This document shows, piece after piece, positions 27,199-35,735 of a stretch of DNA of 41,860 bases. The DNA is taken from positions 1 through 41,860 of the IMG/VR virus record IMGVR_UViG_3300037458_000317. One strand, given 5' to 3'. The notes below the pieces were generated by a model. The model ran no database searches, was not told where the DNA came from, and saw only the letters and a list, made by a program, of their open reading frames with translations. The stretch is from a virus (lineage: Duplodnaviria > Caudoviricetes). A program made the translations under genes and the position numbers. The first letter of the stretch is position 1; the number at the start of each line of letters is the position of its first letter.

Positions 27199-29496
27199 TT
27201 ATGCATCATCTGAACCCCACTCTGAAACCGGATACGAGGCGGAACGAAAGCCAACATTGTCGAACGAGTTGGTCCGTGCGTCGGCACAATTGGAGGCCCA
27301 CACCCCGGCATTCGAACCGAGGTTCCAGGTCGCGCCAGAGCGCAAGCAAAGTTCATTGCGGATGTATTGGTAAAAATAATCCTGACCAAACAGATTGCTG
27401 CCGGACGTGGACATCCCAGCTGCAATCGGAATACCCAGTGAGCGTAAGACTGCGTTATTGCCAGTTAAGTCCGGACTCAGCGCCTGATTGGCGCTGTTAC
27501 CCAGTTTTTGTGCAAAGCCGTTACTGGAGTAGGTTGTAGCAAATGCAGGCGTAAACGCATCCATATTGGCAGCCACACCGACACTGCCGAAATGGTCAGT
27601 GGATAAGCTATTGCCGCCGGTGAAGTTAGCCATCTGCGCTGACTCTTTAGCGACATAGAATGTACCGTAAGTTGCTGAGCCGCCAGATGTATAGGCGGTA
27701 AATGCGGTACCATCGACACCATTGAGCGTGATGGTGTTGGCATCAACTACGGTCGCAATGTAAATCTTGTCGTTGAGTTGCGTCATACCCGCAATGCTGG
27801 TAATCAACACCTCTTTACCTGTGGTCATACCGTGCGCGGTAATGGTCAACGCAACTGGGTTGGTTTGTGTCGCAGCGGTGATGGTTTTACTGGTTGCAAT
27901 ACAGGTGACGCCCTGCGAGACTTCCCACATCAGTCCGTTCAGGTCCGCGATGCCGCACGCCTGCCCGTTGTGCGTGGTTTTCGAAAATGGCACGCCTGAG
28001 CCTGTTTTGCCACAGTTGCTGTATCCATCTGAGGTGTAAGTTACGGCAGTGTCGTTGGTGTCTTTTAGTGCATTGTTGTTGCAGCCTTTGGGGAAATTAC
28101 TGACCCCTGTTGCGTCATACCATGCACAGTTGGTTGTTGCTGTTGCCGCCTGTCCATGTGCTAATGACAGAAGGGCAAGAGCAGCATAGATAAAGCGGGA
28201 TGCGACGAAGAAATTCGCACCACGGGTTTTTGCCGCCTGCCAGCATCCGCCGTACGTATTTGATGGCGCGCCAGTCAGCTCGGAAATCGGATTATGGTTT
28301 GCGGCGGTTGAAAGTGGATTGCCGTTTTTAATGGATGACGCGATACCACCATTATTGCTGCACATGTACTTATCTATAAACAGCACTGGTTTATGTTGGT
28401 TTCCATCAATAAACATGCGGTTTATTGCATATCCAGCTGCATTTGCAATTGCTTCTGATGCAAAGTAATTTCTAGGTTTGATATCAACTGAGTTGACTCC
28501 ATACTGTGCATAAGTCGGGTTATCAATATGTCCATAGCGCTCCCAGAATTGCGGAATGCAGACCTGAACAGAGCCATCAGAATATTGATAGTTGCCGTAA
28601 TTGTCATCTCCAGTTAACTCTGTATAACCAGATGGCGCGCGTGACACACGACCAACACCAAAAAATGCTTCGCCAGGTACGCCGATGGAATCAACAGCAG
28701 TGATAGGGTCGTAAATCGGCACGTTAACTTTTCTGCCCAGATATTTCTCACACTGCTGCCGTTGTGTATCATTTAAAGCAGACTTGACAACGATCAACCC
28801 AAACAAGTTCATCTTCATAAACATGCTGTTTGTTGTGCTGATCGAAGCCCCTATCGTCGTGTTGTTTAACGTCAACGATCCTGATCGCGTGTAATTATCA
28901 TAACCAGACAACACACCTTCTTTATAGATGTTGATGTTTTGCCCGTTATCGATGATTGATCTAACGGTTTTAGTGCGCAGCCCAGATGTTGTGCCGTTTG
29001 TATCTTTTACTGTCGTGCCAGCATCATTAATAATCAAAGCATCGATCCCATCGCTCGCCACTCTGCGCGATGGGATGTACTGCTGCGTTGCGACAGTGCT
29101 ATTGCGCTCTGAGATCAAAGCAGCGTTTGTTGTTTGATTCTGTGAATCAATAGCGGCGACGATTGAGCAGGCGCCACCGGCGTAAAGACCAAGATATGGA
29201 ATATTTAGGTAGTCATCAATGCCATCAAATGACAGCGCGTATAAGCCGTTGATTTGCACAAGAGTAGGGCGAGCCGCAGTGATTGGCTGCGTAGCGTGGT
29301 TGCCGTTTCCCGAAATATCTAAAACCTTACCGACCGGTTGGCCGGCGGCAGTGACTGGGATCGTGCCTGCTGCGTCTTGGTAGAGCGTTGATAGGTCTTG
29401 GATGTTATAAATAAGACCGTTATTTGCAGCTACTATCGATCTCGCTGATGCGCGATTATTAAACGGGGCCTGTTCGAGATTATAAAATCTGCTCAT
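27199..29496 (-). CDS. Multidomain fibre-like protein: LamG/ConA-like domain plus Mtd/FGE-type C-type lectin domain with an inserted beta domain
   Basis: DISGNGNHATQ, FDGIDDYL; IDKYMCS, GIADLNGLMWE, SGATWNLGSNAGVW...NVGFRSA. Confidence 0.85.
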   Translation of the reverse strand: MSRFYNLEQAPFNNRASARSIVAANNGLIYNIQDLSTLYQDAAGTIPVTAAGQPVGKVLDISGNGNHATQPITAARPTLVQINGLYALSFDGIDDYLNIPYLGLYAGGACSIVAAIDSQNQTTNAALISERNSTVATQQYIPSRRVASDGIDALIINDAGTTVKDTNGTTSGLRTKTVRSIIDNGQNINIYKEGVLSGYDNYTRSGSLTLNNTTIGASISTTNSMFMKMNLFGLIVVKSALNDTQRQQCEKYLGRKVNVPIYDPITAVDSIGVPGEAFFGVGRVSRAPSGYTELTGDDNYGNYQYSDGSVQVCIPQFWERYGHIDNPTYAQYGVNSVDIKPRNYFASEAIANAAGYAINRMFIDGNQHKPVLFIDKYMCSNNGGIASSIKNGNPLSTAANHNPISELTGAPSNTYGGCWQAAKTRGANFFVASRFIYAALALLSLAHGQAATATTNCAWYDATGVSNFPKGCNNNALKDTNDTAVTYTSDGYSNCGKTGSGVPFSKTTHNGQACGIADLNGLMWEVSQGVTCIATSKTITAATQTNPVALTITAHGMTTGKEVLITSIAGMTQLNDKIYIATVVDANTITLNGVDGTAFTAYTSGGSATYGTFYVAKESAQMANFTGGNSLSTDHFGSVGVAANMDAFTPAFATTYSSNGFAQKLGNSANQALSPDLTGNNAVLRSLGIPIAAGMSTSGSNLFGQDYFYQYIRNELCLRSGATWNLGSNAGVWASNCADARTNSFDNVGFRSASYPVSEWGSDDA

Positions 29497-29500
29497 TGCA

Positions 29501-29746
29501 TCACTCCGTGTAAGTGATCAAGCCGGTAATTTTTCGAGTTTTAGCGTATAAAGATTCACCAGCTGATAACTCCCACCAGCGGGATACATCTCGACGCAAA
29601 ACATGGCCGCGAAATGTTGCCGCCGGCAACGATGTTGCAGCTGCATATTCAACAATATCACCAGTGGTGTTTTCTAAAAACCCGTACGCAACAGCAGAAA
29701 CTAGCGTGTAGCCCGTTGGATTAAGTTGCAGATTCTTTGTCGTCAT
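29501..29746 (-). CDS. Hypothetical (probably structural) protein
   Basis: AGGAG RBS; tight operon packing. Confidence 0.75.
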   Translation of the reverse strand: MTTKNLQLNPTGYTLVSAVAYGFLENTTGDIVEYAAATSLPAATFRGHVLRRDVSRWWELSAGESLYAKTRKITGLITYTE

Positions 29747-29755
29747 GATCAGCTC

Positions 29756-30343
29756 CTATCGCTGTTCCCATATGATTTCTGTGTGACCGCTAGTAGCTTC
29801 GTTAGTCACAATTGGATTGTAGACGTACCACAAAACTGTTCCGGCTGGCCACCCGATGCGGATTTCAGATGCGGAGTATTCAGCCGCTTTTTGAGCTGTT
29901 GCGCCCGATGTAACGAGCGCAGATCCAGCAATTGGCTTGCTCGTTGCGCTAAAAATGGCAGTACCAATTGCACGCTGAAAAGTAATTTCTGGCGCAGGAT
30001 GCGTTTCATAAATATCAGAGACAATCCGATTCATGAATTTCACATTACCCGTTGCCACAAGAGTTCCGGTAAATGTCACGCCGACATCTTCATAAACTAA
30101 CAACTCGCGTCCGCCAGTCCAGATCTCGTTCGAACGGTTAAACAAAATCGAATCTCGACCAACGGTGACTTTATACACAAGTTGTTGAGTTGACGGAACG
30201 CTGAGAAATTGATCAAAAAACCCGAATTGAAAATTCTTCTCGAATGACGTCTGCTGTGGATCGACAGCAATACGGCGAATAGACTCTCGATCATCAGTGA
30301 GTATGTCAGACGGTAATCCGGTTAAGCTAAAGCTTTTGCTCAT
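29756..30343 (-). CDS. Hypothetical (probably structural) protein
   Basis: 195 aa, beta-rich, follows the capsid genes. Confidence 0.8.
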   Translation of the reverse strand: MSKSFSLTGLPSDILTDDRESIRRIAVDPQQTSFEKNFQFGFFDQFLSVPSTQQLVYKVTVGRDSILFNRSNEIWTGGRELLVYEDVGVTFTGTLVATGNVKFMNRIVSDIYETHPAPEITFQRAIGTAIFSATSKPIAGSALVTSGATAQKAAEYSASEIRIGWPAGTVLWYVYNPIVTNEATSGHTEIIWEQR

Positions 30344-30376
30344 GATGATTACTCGCGATCGATCATATCGACATCA

Positions 30377-30613
30377 TCAATCTGCATTGACTTCTGGCTC
30401 GCCAGATTCTGAAAGTACCGATGCCTCCGCACTTTCTGCAACCTCAGAAACTCCGTGTTTATCAGTCTTTGCACGCGTTCTTTTTCGCTCGGATTGTCCT
30501 GCAACTCGTTGTTCTGATTGTTGTCTTGCGGCATATTGTCGCCCCCGTAATTCTGCTTGCTGCTCTAGCGTCAGAATGACGCCACCTTCAAAACCATCAT
30601 TATTCAGCGCCAT
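30377..30613 (-). CDS. Hypothetical protein after the major capsid gene
   Basis: GGGTGA RBS, 78 aa. Confidence 0.7.
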   Translation of the reverse strand: MALNNDGFEGGVILTLEQQAELRGRQYAARQQSEQRVAGQSERKRTRAKTDKHGVSEVAESAEASVLSESGEPEVNAD

Positions 30614-30624
30614 TTTTCACCCAT

Positions 30625-30647
30625 AAAAAAGCCCCATCACTGGGGCT
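30625..30647 (-). terminator. Intrinsic terminator after the capsid gene
   Basis: AGCCCC...GGGGCT with 6-A run on the left. Confidence 0.85.
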
Positions 30648-30665
30648 AATCTTAACACGCAATTA

Positions 30666-31679
30666 TCAGTTATGCACAAAGAATGCAAGCTTGATATTTT
30701 CGCGATTGAAAACGCGTTCCCAGTTTGCAGCTAGCGCCACCTCTGCTACGGTTGGCGACAGGCCAGCTACACTGGACTCAGTCCATTTATAACCCTCTGG
30801 GTGGATGATCCACTGTTTACGTTCCACCAGTGTTTCAACGCCTGCACCGTTGCCGGCCAGCTCATCGTATTCGGTAGCAACTGGACGAGCGGGTAAGGCC
30901 ATACCGTAACCGATAGCGCCTGCACCATACAGCACAGAAACGTAACGCGAGCCTGAAGTGGTACCGGCGATGACGGGCAGTTTTTTGTCTACGAAGACGC
31001 GCTTGCCGTTGTACGTTGGGATCAAGATGCCGGTTTCAGTGTCCTGAATGAAATCAATTTCCTGATTTTTACGCATCTGCGCCATAGTGTGAGGATGCAC
31101 GCCAAGCATAGCCAGTTGGTCGTCTGACTCACCCATGGTTGCAATCGCATCAACAAAACCGCCGAAGTTAAACAGGTTTGCAGATGTCGCGTTTGCGCCA
31201 TCTTGCGTGGAGATATCAAACGTCATGTCGCCGGAGTTAGCAGCGATGTTATCCAGATAAATACCAAGCACTGTTTTTTGGATGCGGTCTGCAAAACGCT
31301 GATCCCAGTATGCCGCAGTGCGAGTTGCGATTTGGCGCATTGGGTCTTCTGTGCCCATCACGGCACCGACCAGGTTTGCAGTCTGCCAAGCCTTGTTAAG
31401 ATGCGCACGACGAGCGACCATTTTGCCGGTGGTGATTTTATCCGGAGTTGCGTACACAGCTGGGTCGTCGCTGGAGATATTTTCACTGGTTGCATCCAGA
31501 TCTTTCCAGTATGGGACTGTTGTAATGTCGCCATCTCCGGTTGCTCGCTGCTGCAATTGGGTGTTAGTTACTGCAACGCCTGACGCAATAAACGCGTTTT
31601 TGTCTGTGCGGGTTTCCTGCACATAGGACATATAAACATCTGGATCAAACTGCACATCAGATAAGCGTACGGTGCTCAT
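30666..31679 (-). CDS. Major capsid protein
   Basis: VRLSDV, VPYWKDL, EDPMRQIA, IIHPEGY, AANWERV; follows scaffold; strongly biased codons. Confidence 0.92.
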   Translation of the reverse strand: MSTVRLSDVQFDPDVYMSYVQETRTDKNAFIASGVAVTNTQLQQRATGDGDITTVPYWKDLDATSENISSDDPAVYATPDKITTGKMVARRAHLNKAWQTANLVGAVMGTEDPMRQIATRTAAYWDQRFADRIQKTVLGIYLDNIAANSGDMTFDISTQDGANATSANLFNFGGFVDAIATMGESDDQLAMLGVHPHTMAQMRKNQEIDFIQDTETGILIPTYNGKRVFVDKKLPVIAGTTSGSRYVSVLYGAGAIGYGMALPARPVATEYDELAGNGAGVETLVERKQWIIHPEGYKWTESSVAGLSPTVAEVALAANWERVFNRENIKLAFFVHN

Positions 31680-31689
31680 AAGTTAACCT

Positions 31690-32349
31690 CTAAAGTCTAA
31701 GTAGTTTTTTAAAGGCTTCTGGGTCTCGCTTTTTAAACTCGACGCGTTCAGCCTGTGTCATTTCAGATAGTTTTTTTGCGCCACCGACGCCTTTACTTCC
31801 AGCAGACCCACCGCCGGACGCTCCGCTACTCTTGACAAGTCGCGGATATTGCTTAGCTAATGTTTCACGTAACGTTTCTTCATCAACCGGCACCCCGCCG
31901 ATCTCAAATTTTTCTTTGCCGTTTTCGATGTCAATATAATCACGCGCTTCACGCATTAACAGTTTGATTGATGCGTCATCAACGCCAATCGACGATGCTA
32001 CGCGCAACGCTGCATTATTGATCTTTTCTTTCTTGGTGGTCAGCTTTTCTGCTTCCCACTCATCCTTTAGTCGTGCGCGCTCTGTCTTTTCGCGCTCGTA
32101 CAGCTCTTTGAATTCATTCTTTTCTCGCAGTCGCTCTTCTTCAGCTTCTACTTTCTCGCGCTCAAGCTGTTCGGCTCGCGCCTTGGCTGCTTTACGCTCT
32201 TCACGTTCACGCTGTAACGCGCCTTTCAGCTCATCGGCTGGATCAATACCTGATACATCTAGGCGGAATTTTTCGCCGTGTGGTTTATACAGCGATTTAA
32301 CGGATTCTTCCAACCCGTCCAGTGAGTCAATCTCAAAAACTAAAGCCAT
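31690..32349 (-). CDS. Capsid scaffolding protein
   Basis: LKGALQREREERK coiled coil, SGGGSAG linker, LSEMTQAERV tail. Confidence 0.88.
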   Translation of the reverse strand: MALVFEIDSLDGLEESVKSLYKPHGEKFRLDVSGIDPADELKGALQREREERKAAKARAEQLEREKVEAEEERLREKNEFKELYEREKTERARLKDEWEAEKLTTKKEKINNAALRVASSIGVDDASIKLLMREARDYIDIENGKEKFEIGGVPVDEETLRETLAKQYPRLVKSSGASGGGSAGSKGVGGAKKLSEMTQAERVEFKKRDPEAFKKLLRL

Positions 32350-32465
32350 TTGATACCCCGTATCATAGATAAACTGGCACCGCCAGCGCTGTGAGTATAA
32401 TAGCCCAAACCTATTGATAATGGAAAGTTTAATTGATAAATACTATTGACATTGAGCAGATAAAG

Positions 32466-32486
32466 AAAAACCCGCCGGAGCGGGTT
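32466..32486 (-). terminator. Intrinsic terminator
   Basis: AACCCGC-CGGA-GCGGGTT with A-run. Confidence 0.8.
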
Positions 32487-32763
32487 AGTTTGTATGTTCG
32501 CTTTCAACGAGTTTTATCAGTTTATTGATGTACGCTAACGGCAAGGCTTGCGTAGATGCACCATAAGCGATCTTTTTAGATCTAATTCCTTTGAACCTTT
32601 TAAACATCTCAATACAGGCGCGTCGCACAGCTGTGTTAGGTTTTTCCATGTTCATTTCAGCTGTCAATAAACAGGTGGTTAGCATCTCGCGGAACTCTTC
32701 CGATTCGATGCGTTGCATTTCCGTTGTACCTTCTGGGTAACTGATTGGCGAGGATAGGTTCAT
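32485..32763 (-). CDS. Hypothetical protein
   Basis: TAAGGAG RBS, 92 aa. Confidence 0.78.
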   Translation of the reverse strand: MNLSSPISYPEGTTEMQRIESEEFREMLTTCLLTAEMNMEKPNTAVRRACIEMFKRFKGIRSKKIAYGASTQALPLAYINKLIKLVESEHTN

Positions 32764-32775
32764 CTTTGCTGCTCC

Positions 32776-33822
32776 TTATAATGTAATGCTATCAAGCGTT
32801 TTCAGATAGCTCAGATCTATCTCTGCCCCATTTCCATCAACAAAATCAGCGCCTGAAATCTTGCCGGCTTTCCACGCCTCGTATTTGTAGTGGCCGCCTG
32901 AGAACTTATAGAAAAACTCCTCTTGGAATTTCACTGATTGATTTTTCAGGAACTGGTCGAAAGTGGTATCTACATCAATTTTCTCAACGCCATTATCTCC
33001 ACGTGATGATTTTAATCCTTTGATACCCGGCACGGCATAGCGCGGATCAACAACCCCAACCCTGACACTGCGACAGCTGAAATGTAACGGTGGCTGTGGA
33101 CCTTCGCCTATTTTGTAGATCTCATTTTTAGATCCAAGCCCATAGCATGTGGCGCTAGTGCGAGAGTCTAGCGTCACGATTAATCGCTCACCAATCAGGA
33201 CGTCAGAGTTAGCTTCGTTAACAGCTCGCCGCGCCTCACTTCCTGCAAGATTAAACGCCGTCCTAACAATCGTCCTTGCATCTCGCTTATTAACACCGTC
33301 AGCAATGCGCATGATGTCGCGCACCACTTGATCCAAGCTTTTACCTTCGATGATTCCGGCGCGGATACGATTTTCTATCGTCTTTGGTTTACTTCCAAGC
33401 GTTTCCACCATCTCGCTGATCGTCAGTCGTTGAACTTTCTTACCGCTGATCAACTCAGACTTTGCAGCAGTGACTGCCGCCCCCACCTGCTCAACCGCCG
33501 GCAGGGTTAATTCTGTTGTCACAGCATTACCCAGCATCCGATATTGAAAGTCTGTTTCGTACTCCGCGAAGTCGTTCAACTCAAGGTTTAACTGCTTGCC
33601 AAACTCCGCATTAGCCTCATCGAACAGCGCCTGAATATCAGCAGACAAAGCGGTTAAGCGGTGCATTTGAAAGTCAGTTGGGTTCTCAGACAGTCGCGCC
33701 TTTACGTCCTTTTGCAGTTGCTCAAGAATAGGTTTCAGCTTGTTGAAAGCGCCACCTGATAGCCGTTGCAACATGATTTGGTGACGGGTTGAAGCGTCGA
33801 TCAGGTATTCATTGGCGCTCAT
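32776..33822 (-). CDS. Head morphogenesis protein (SPP1 gp7/MuF-like)
   Basis: ARTIVRT, TLDSRTS.TC, PPLHFSCRS. Confidence 0.9.
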   Translation of the reverse strand: MSANEYLIDASTRHQIMLQRLSGGAFNKLKPILEQLQKDVKARLSENPTDFQMHRLTALSADIQALFDEANAEFGKQLNLELNDFAEYETDFQYRMLGNAVTTELTLPAVEQVGAAVTAAKSELISGKKVQRLTISEMVETLGSKPKTIENRIRAGIIEGKSLDQVVRDIMRIADGVNKRDARTIVRTAFNLAGSEARRAVNEANSDVLIGERLIVTLDSRTSATCYGLGSKNEIYKIGEGPQPPLHFSCRSVRVGVVDPRYAVPGIKGLKSSRGDNGVEKIDVDTTFDQFLKNQSVKFQEEFFYKFSGGHYKYEAWKAGKISGADFVDGNGAEIDLSYLKTLDSITL

Positions 33823-34160
33823 TTGTTTAAATTCCTTTTTTCAGCCTCTTGTTTATGTCGATCTTTTAGTTCAATTGAATATTTGTTTTTCTGATAAGCA
33901 AACATTCTACCATCCGCAAAATATCCTTTTTCAAGTGTAAAATCAGGCTTATCACAATCAAAAAGCGTTCCGTCAGGCGTAAATCCAACAGCGTTCTCAA
34001 CCCAATCTATAGCCATCCATCCGGTTTCTGGTTTTTCTTTTACTTTCTTCCCGCCAAGTGCCTCGGCAATGATTCTTTCATCAAATGGATCGCAACTTCT
34101 TTCAAAATACTCACACATAAAAAACGGAGGTGGTGTTTTTTCGTCTGTTCTATAGCTCAT
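33819..34160 (-). CDS. Hypothetical protein
   Basis: ATGA coupled on both sides. Confidence 0.8.
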   Translation of the reverse strand: MSYRTDEKTPPPFFMCEYFERSCDPFDERIIAEALGGKKVKEKPETGWMAIDWVENAVGFTPDGTLFDCDKPDFTLEKGYFADGRMFAYQKNKYSIELKDRHKQEAEKRNLNK

Positions 34161-34507
34161 TTGTTCTGCTCCGGCGAGGACGGTAACTCAAACCAAGAAA
34201 CAAAATTCTGCGGCCACCTTCTGATAACATAGTCTTGAACTATTGTTTTCTTGCCTTGCCCGTCATAATTCCCGCCTTCGTATTTTTTAAGGCAAGTAGC
34301 AGCTACCTGGTATGGTTTGCTGTGTTCTTCCGGCAACCGATCACTAACCGGAATCCATTCCGGCACAGTCTGCGCTTTGGTGGCTTTCTGCAACCTTTCG
34401 ATTATTTTTGATTGTTGGTGCGCCATGTCTGCCAAGGTTTCTTTTTCAAAACCAAGAAGCCAGTTTATTTTTTTCTGGTCGGCGTTTAACTCTTCTCGCT
34501 GTGTCAT
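34157..34507 (-). CDS. DUF551-like protein
   Basis: EWIPVSDRLPE...W.ELP..P; AAGGAG RBS before ATG 34507. Confidence 0.78.
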   Translation of the reverse strand: MTQREELNADQKKINWLLGFEKETLADMAHQQSKIIERLQKATKAQTVPEWIPVSDRLPEEHSKPYQVAATCLKKYEGGNYDGQGKKTIVQDYVIRRWPQNFVSWFELPSSPEQNK

Positions 34508-34511
34508 TGTC

Positions 34512-35030
34512 TTACTCCTTAACCGGCACAGGAAGTTCGCCGGATAGTAGTGCGTCATAGATACTGGTTAGTGTGCTGGTGTATTCAAGGTTTTTTAAAG
34601 TTTTAGCGGCTTTAGCACACCACTCTTCCCGCAACCGCGCCGCTTTTTCTTCTGGTGCTTCGATTGGTTTGCATTCATCAATATCAAAACCGCAATAACT
34701 ATCTCCAACTACCGCAAGAATGGTGTTGTTAAGAATTCGGACACACTCCCACACATAACCTCTCGCTTTAAACTCAGCTCCAACCTCCGGCAACCGCCCA
34801 GCTTCCTGGTCTTCCACTGTCCAGCGCTTAGGCTCTGCGATGATGCGGCGCATGGCCACTATAACAGTACCATCTGGTATTTTACCTCTAGCGCTAAGTT
34901 CCGACAGTTCATCCAGAGTTACAAAGTTTTGGCCCAACAAGTCATGCCACAGCCTCACCTCAACAAACTTGTTAAGTTGATCCTTAAACTTATCTTGATC
35001 TCCGAGTAACGCTTCATATTTAATTTCCAT
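34512..35030 (-). CDS. Hypothetical protein
   Basis: AAGGAG RBS; WT..DQ.AGRLPEVG motif. Confidence 0.82.
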   Translation of the reverse strand: MEIKYEALLGDQDKFKDQLNKFVEVRLWHDLLGQNFVTLDELSELSARGKIPDGTVIVAMRRIIAEPKRWTVEDQEAGRLPEVGAEFKARGYVWECVRILNNTILAVVGDSYCGFDIDECKPIEAPEEKAARLREEWCAKAAKTLKNLEYTSTLTSIYDALLSGELPVPVKE

Positions 35031-35108
35031 TTTGCTTCTCCTTGTTTATCATTTTCTTGACGTCAGGAATATGCTCTCACAAATTCACTGGTTAAAAGTT
35101 TATTTCTG

Positions 35109-35387
35109 TCAAACTTCAATACCTTTCATTGCGCACTTCACGCAAACGCCATTCCAGCCAATAAACTCTGATTCTGGCGTGAAGTCTTTGAATGTTTCGC
35201 CGCAATGCTGGCAAGTGAAGCCGCTCGTTTCTTTATCATAAAGCGCACTAATTGCCGCCTCGATCGCTGCCTTCTTGCTGCCGTGAATGCCTGCTAGATA
35301 ATCGAGCTTTTGCAGGATTTCTTCCGTCGTGTAGACGATGGGTAGGCGCGGTGTATTGCGCCTTTTTTCGTAGGATTTAGTTGTCAT
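35109..35387 (-). CDS. Putative ribbon-helix-helix regulator with C-terminal zinc ribbon
   Basis: RLPIVY, LDYLA..GSKKAAIEAAI; CQHC and CVKC. Confidence 0.65.
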   Translation of the reverse strand: MTTKSYEKRRNTPRLPIVYTTEEILQKLDYLAGIHGSKKAAIEAAISALYDKETSGFTCQHCGETFKDFTPESEFIGWNGVCVKCAMKGIEV

Positions 35388-35413
35388 TCTTGCAGCTCCT
35401 TATTGACAAGCTG

Positions 35414-35614
35414 TTATCTTTCTTGCCATTTATCAAATCCGTGCTTAACTGCAACCTGCTCGTATCCGTAATCAGTTAGCTCAGCGACCTCTAATTTACC
35501 GCCAGCGGCAATACCAAATTCTTTTGTTGCCAGCGCTTTTGCGCCACTTAATGTTTTAGCGTTAGTTTTCTGCCAGTGACTGCTTGTGTTACTGCCGATG
35601 TAGAATGCTTTCAT
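35414..35614 (-). CDS. Hypothetical protein
   Basis: GGAG RBS; first gene after the promoter at 35661-35689. Confidence 0.8.
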   Translation of the reverse strand: MKAFYIGSNTSSHWQKTNAKTLSGAKALATKEFGIAAGGKLEVAELTDYGYEQVAVKHGFDKWQER

Positions 35615-35660
35615 TTTATTTGCTCCGGTTGTTTATTTGCTGCCTTGTTTGTATGTGTTA

Positions 35661-35689
35661 ATAATAGTACTTACAGATTGTAATTACAA
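35661..35689 (-). promoter_or_regulatory. Sigma70 promoter with a palindrome over the -35
   Basis: TTGTAA-17-TATTAT; TTGTAATTACAA at 35678-35689. Confidence 0.75.
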
Positions 35690-35700
35690 GTGATATTTAT

Positions 35701-35723
35701 AAAAAAGCCGCAATAAATGCGGC
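35701..35723 (-). terminator. Intrinsic terminator after the portal gene
   Basis: GCCGC-7-GCGGC with 6-A run on the left. Confidence 0.75.
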
Positions 35724-35735
35724 CTGTGTCACGAA

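Noticed and set aside
27199-29496. Complete diversity-generating retroelement
   Set aside because: No RT (YxDD-type) ORF, Avd gene or template repeat found by eye
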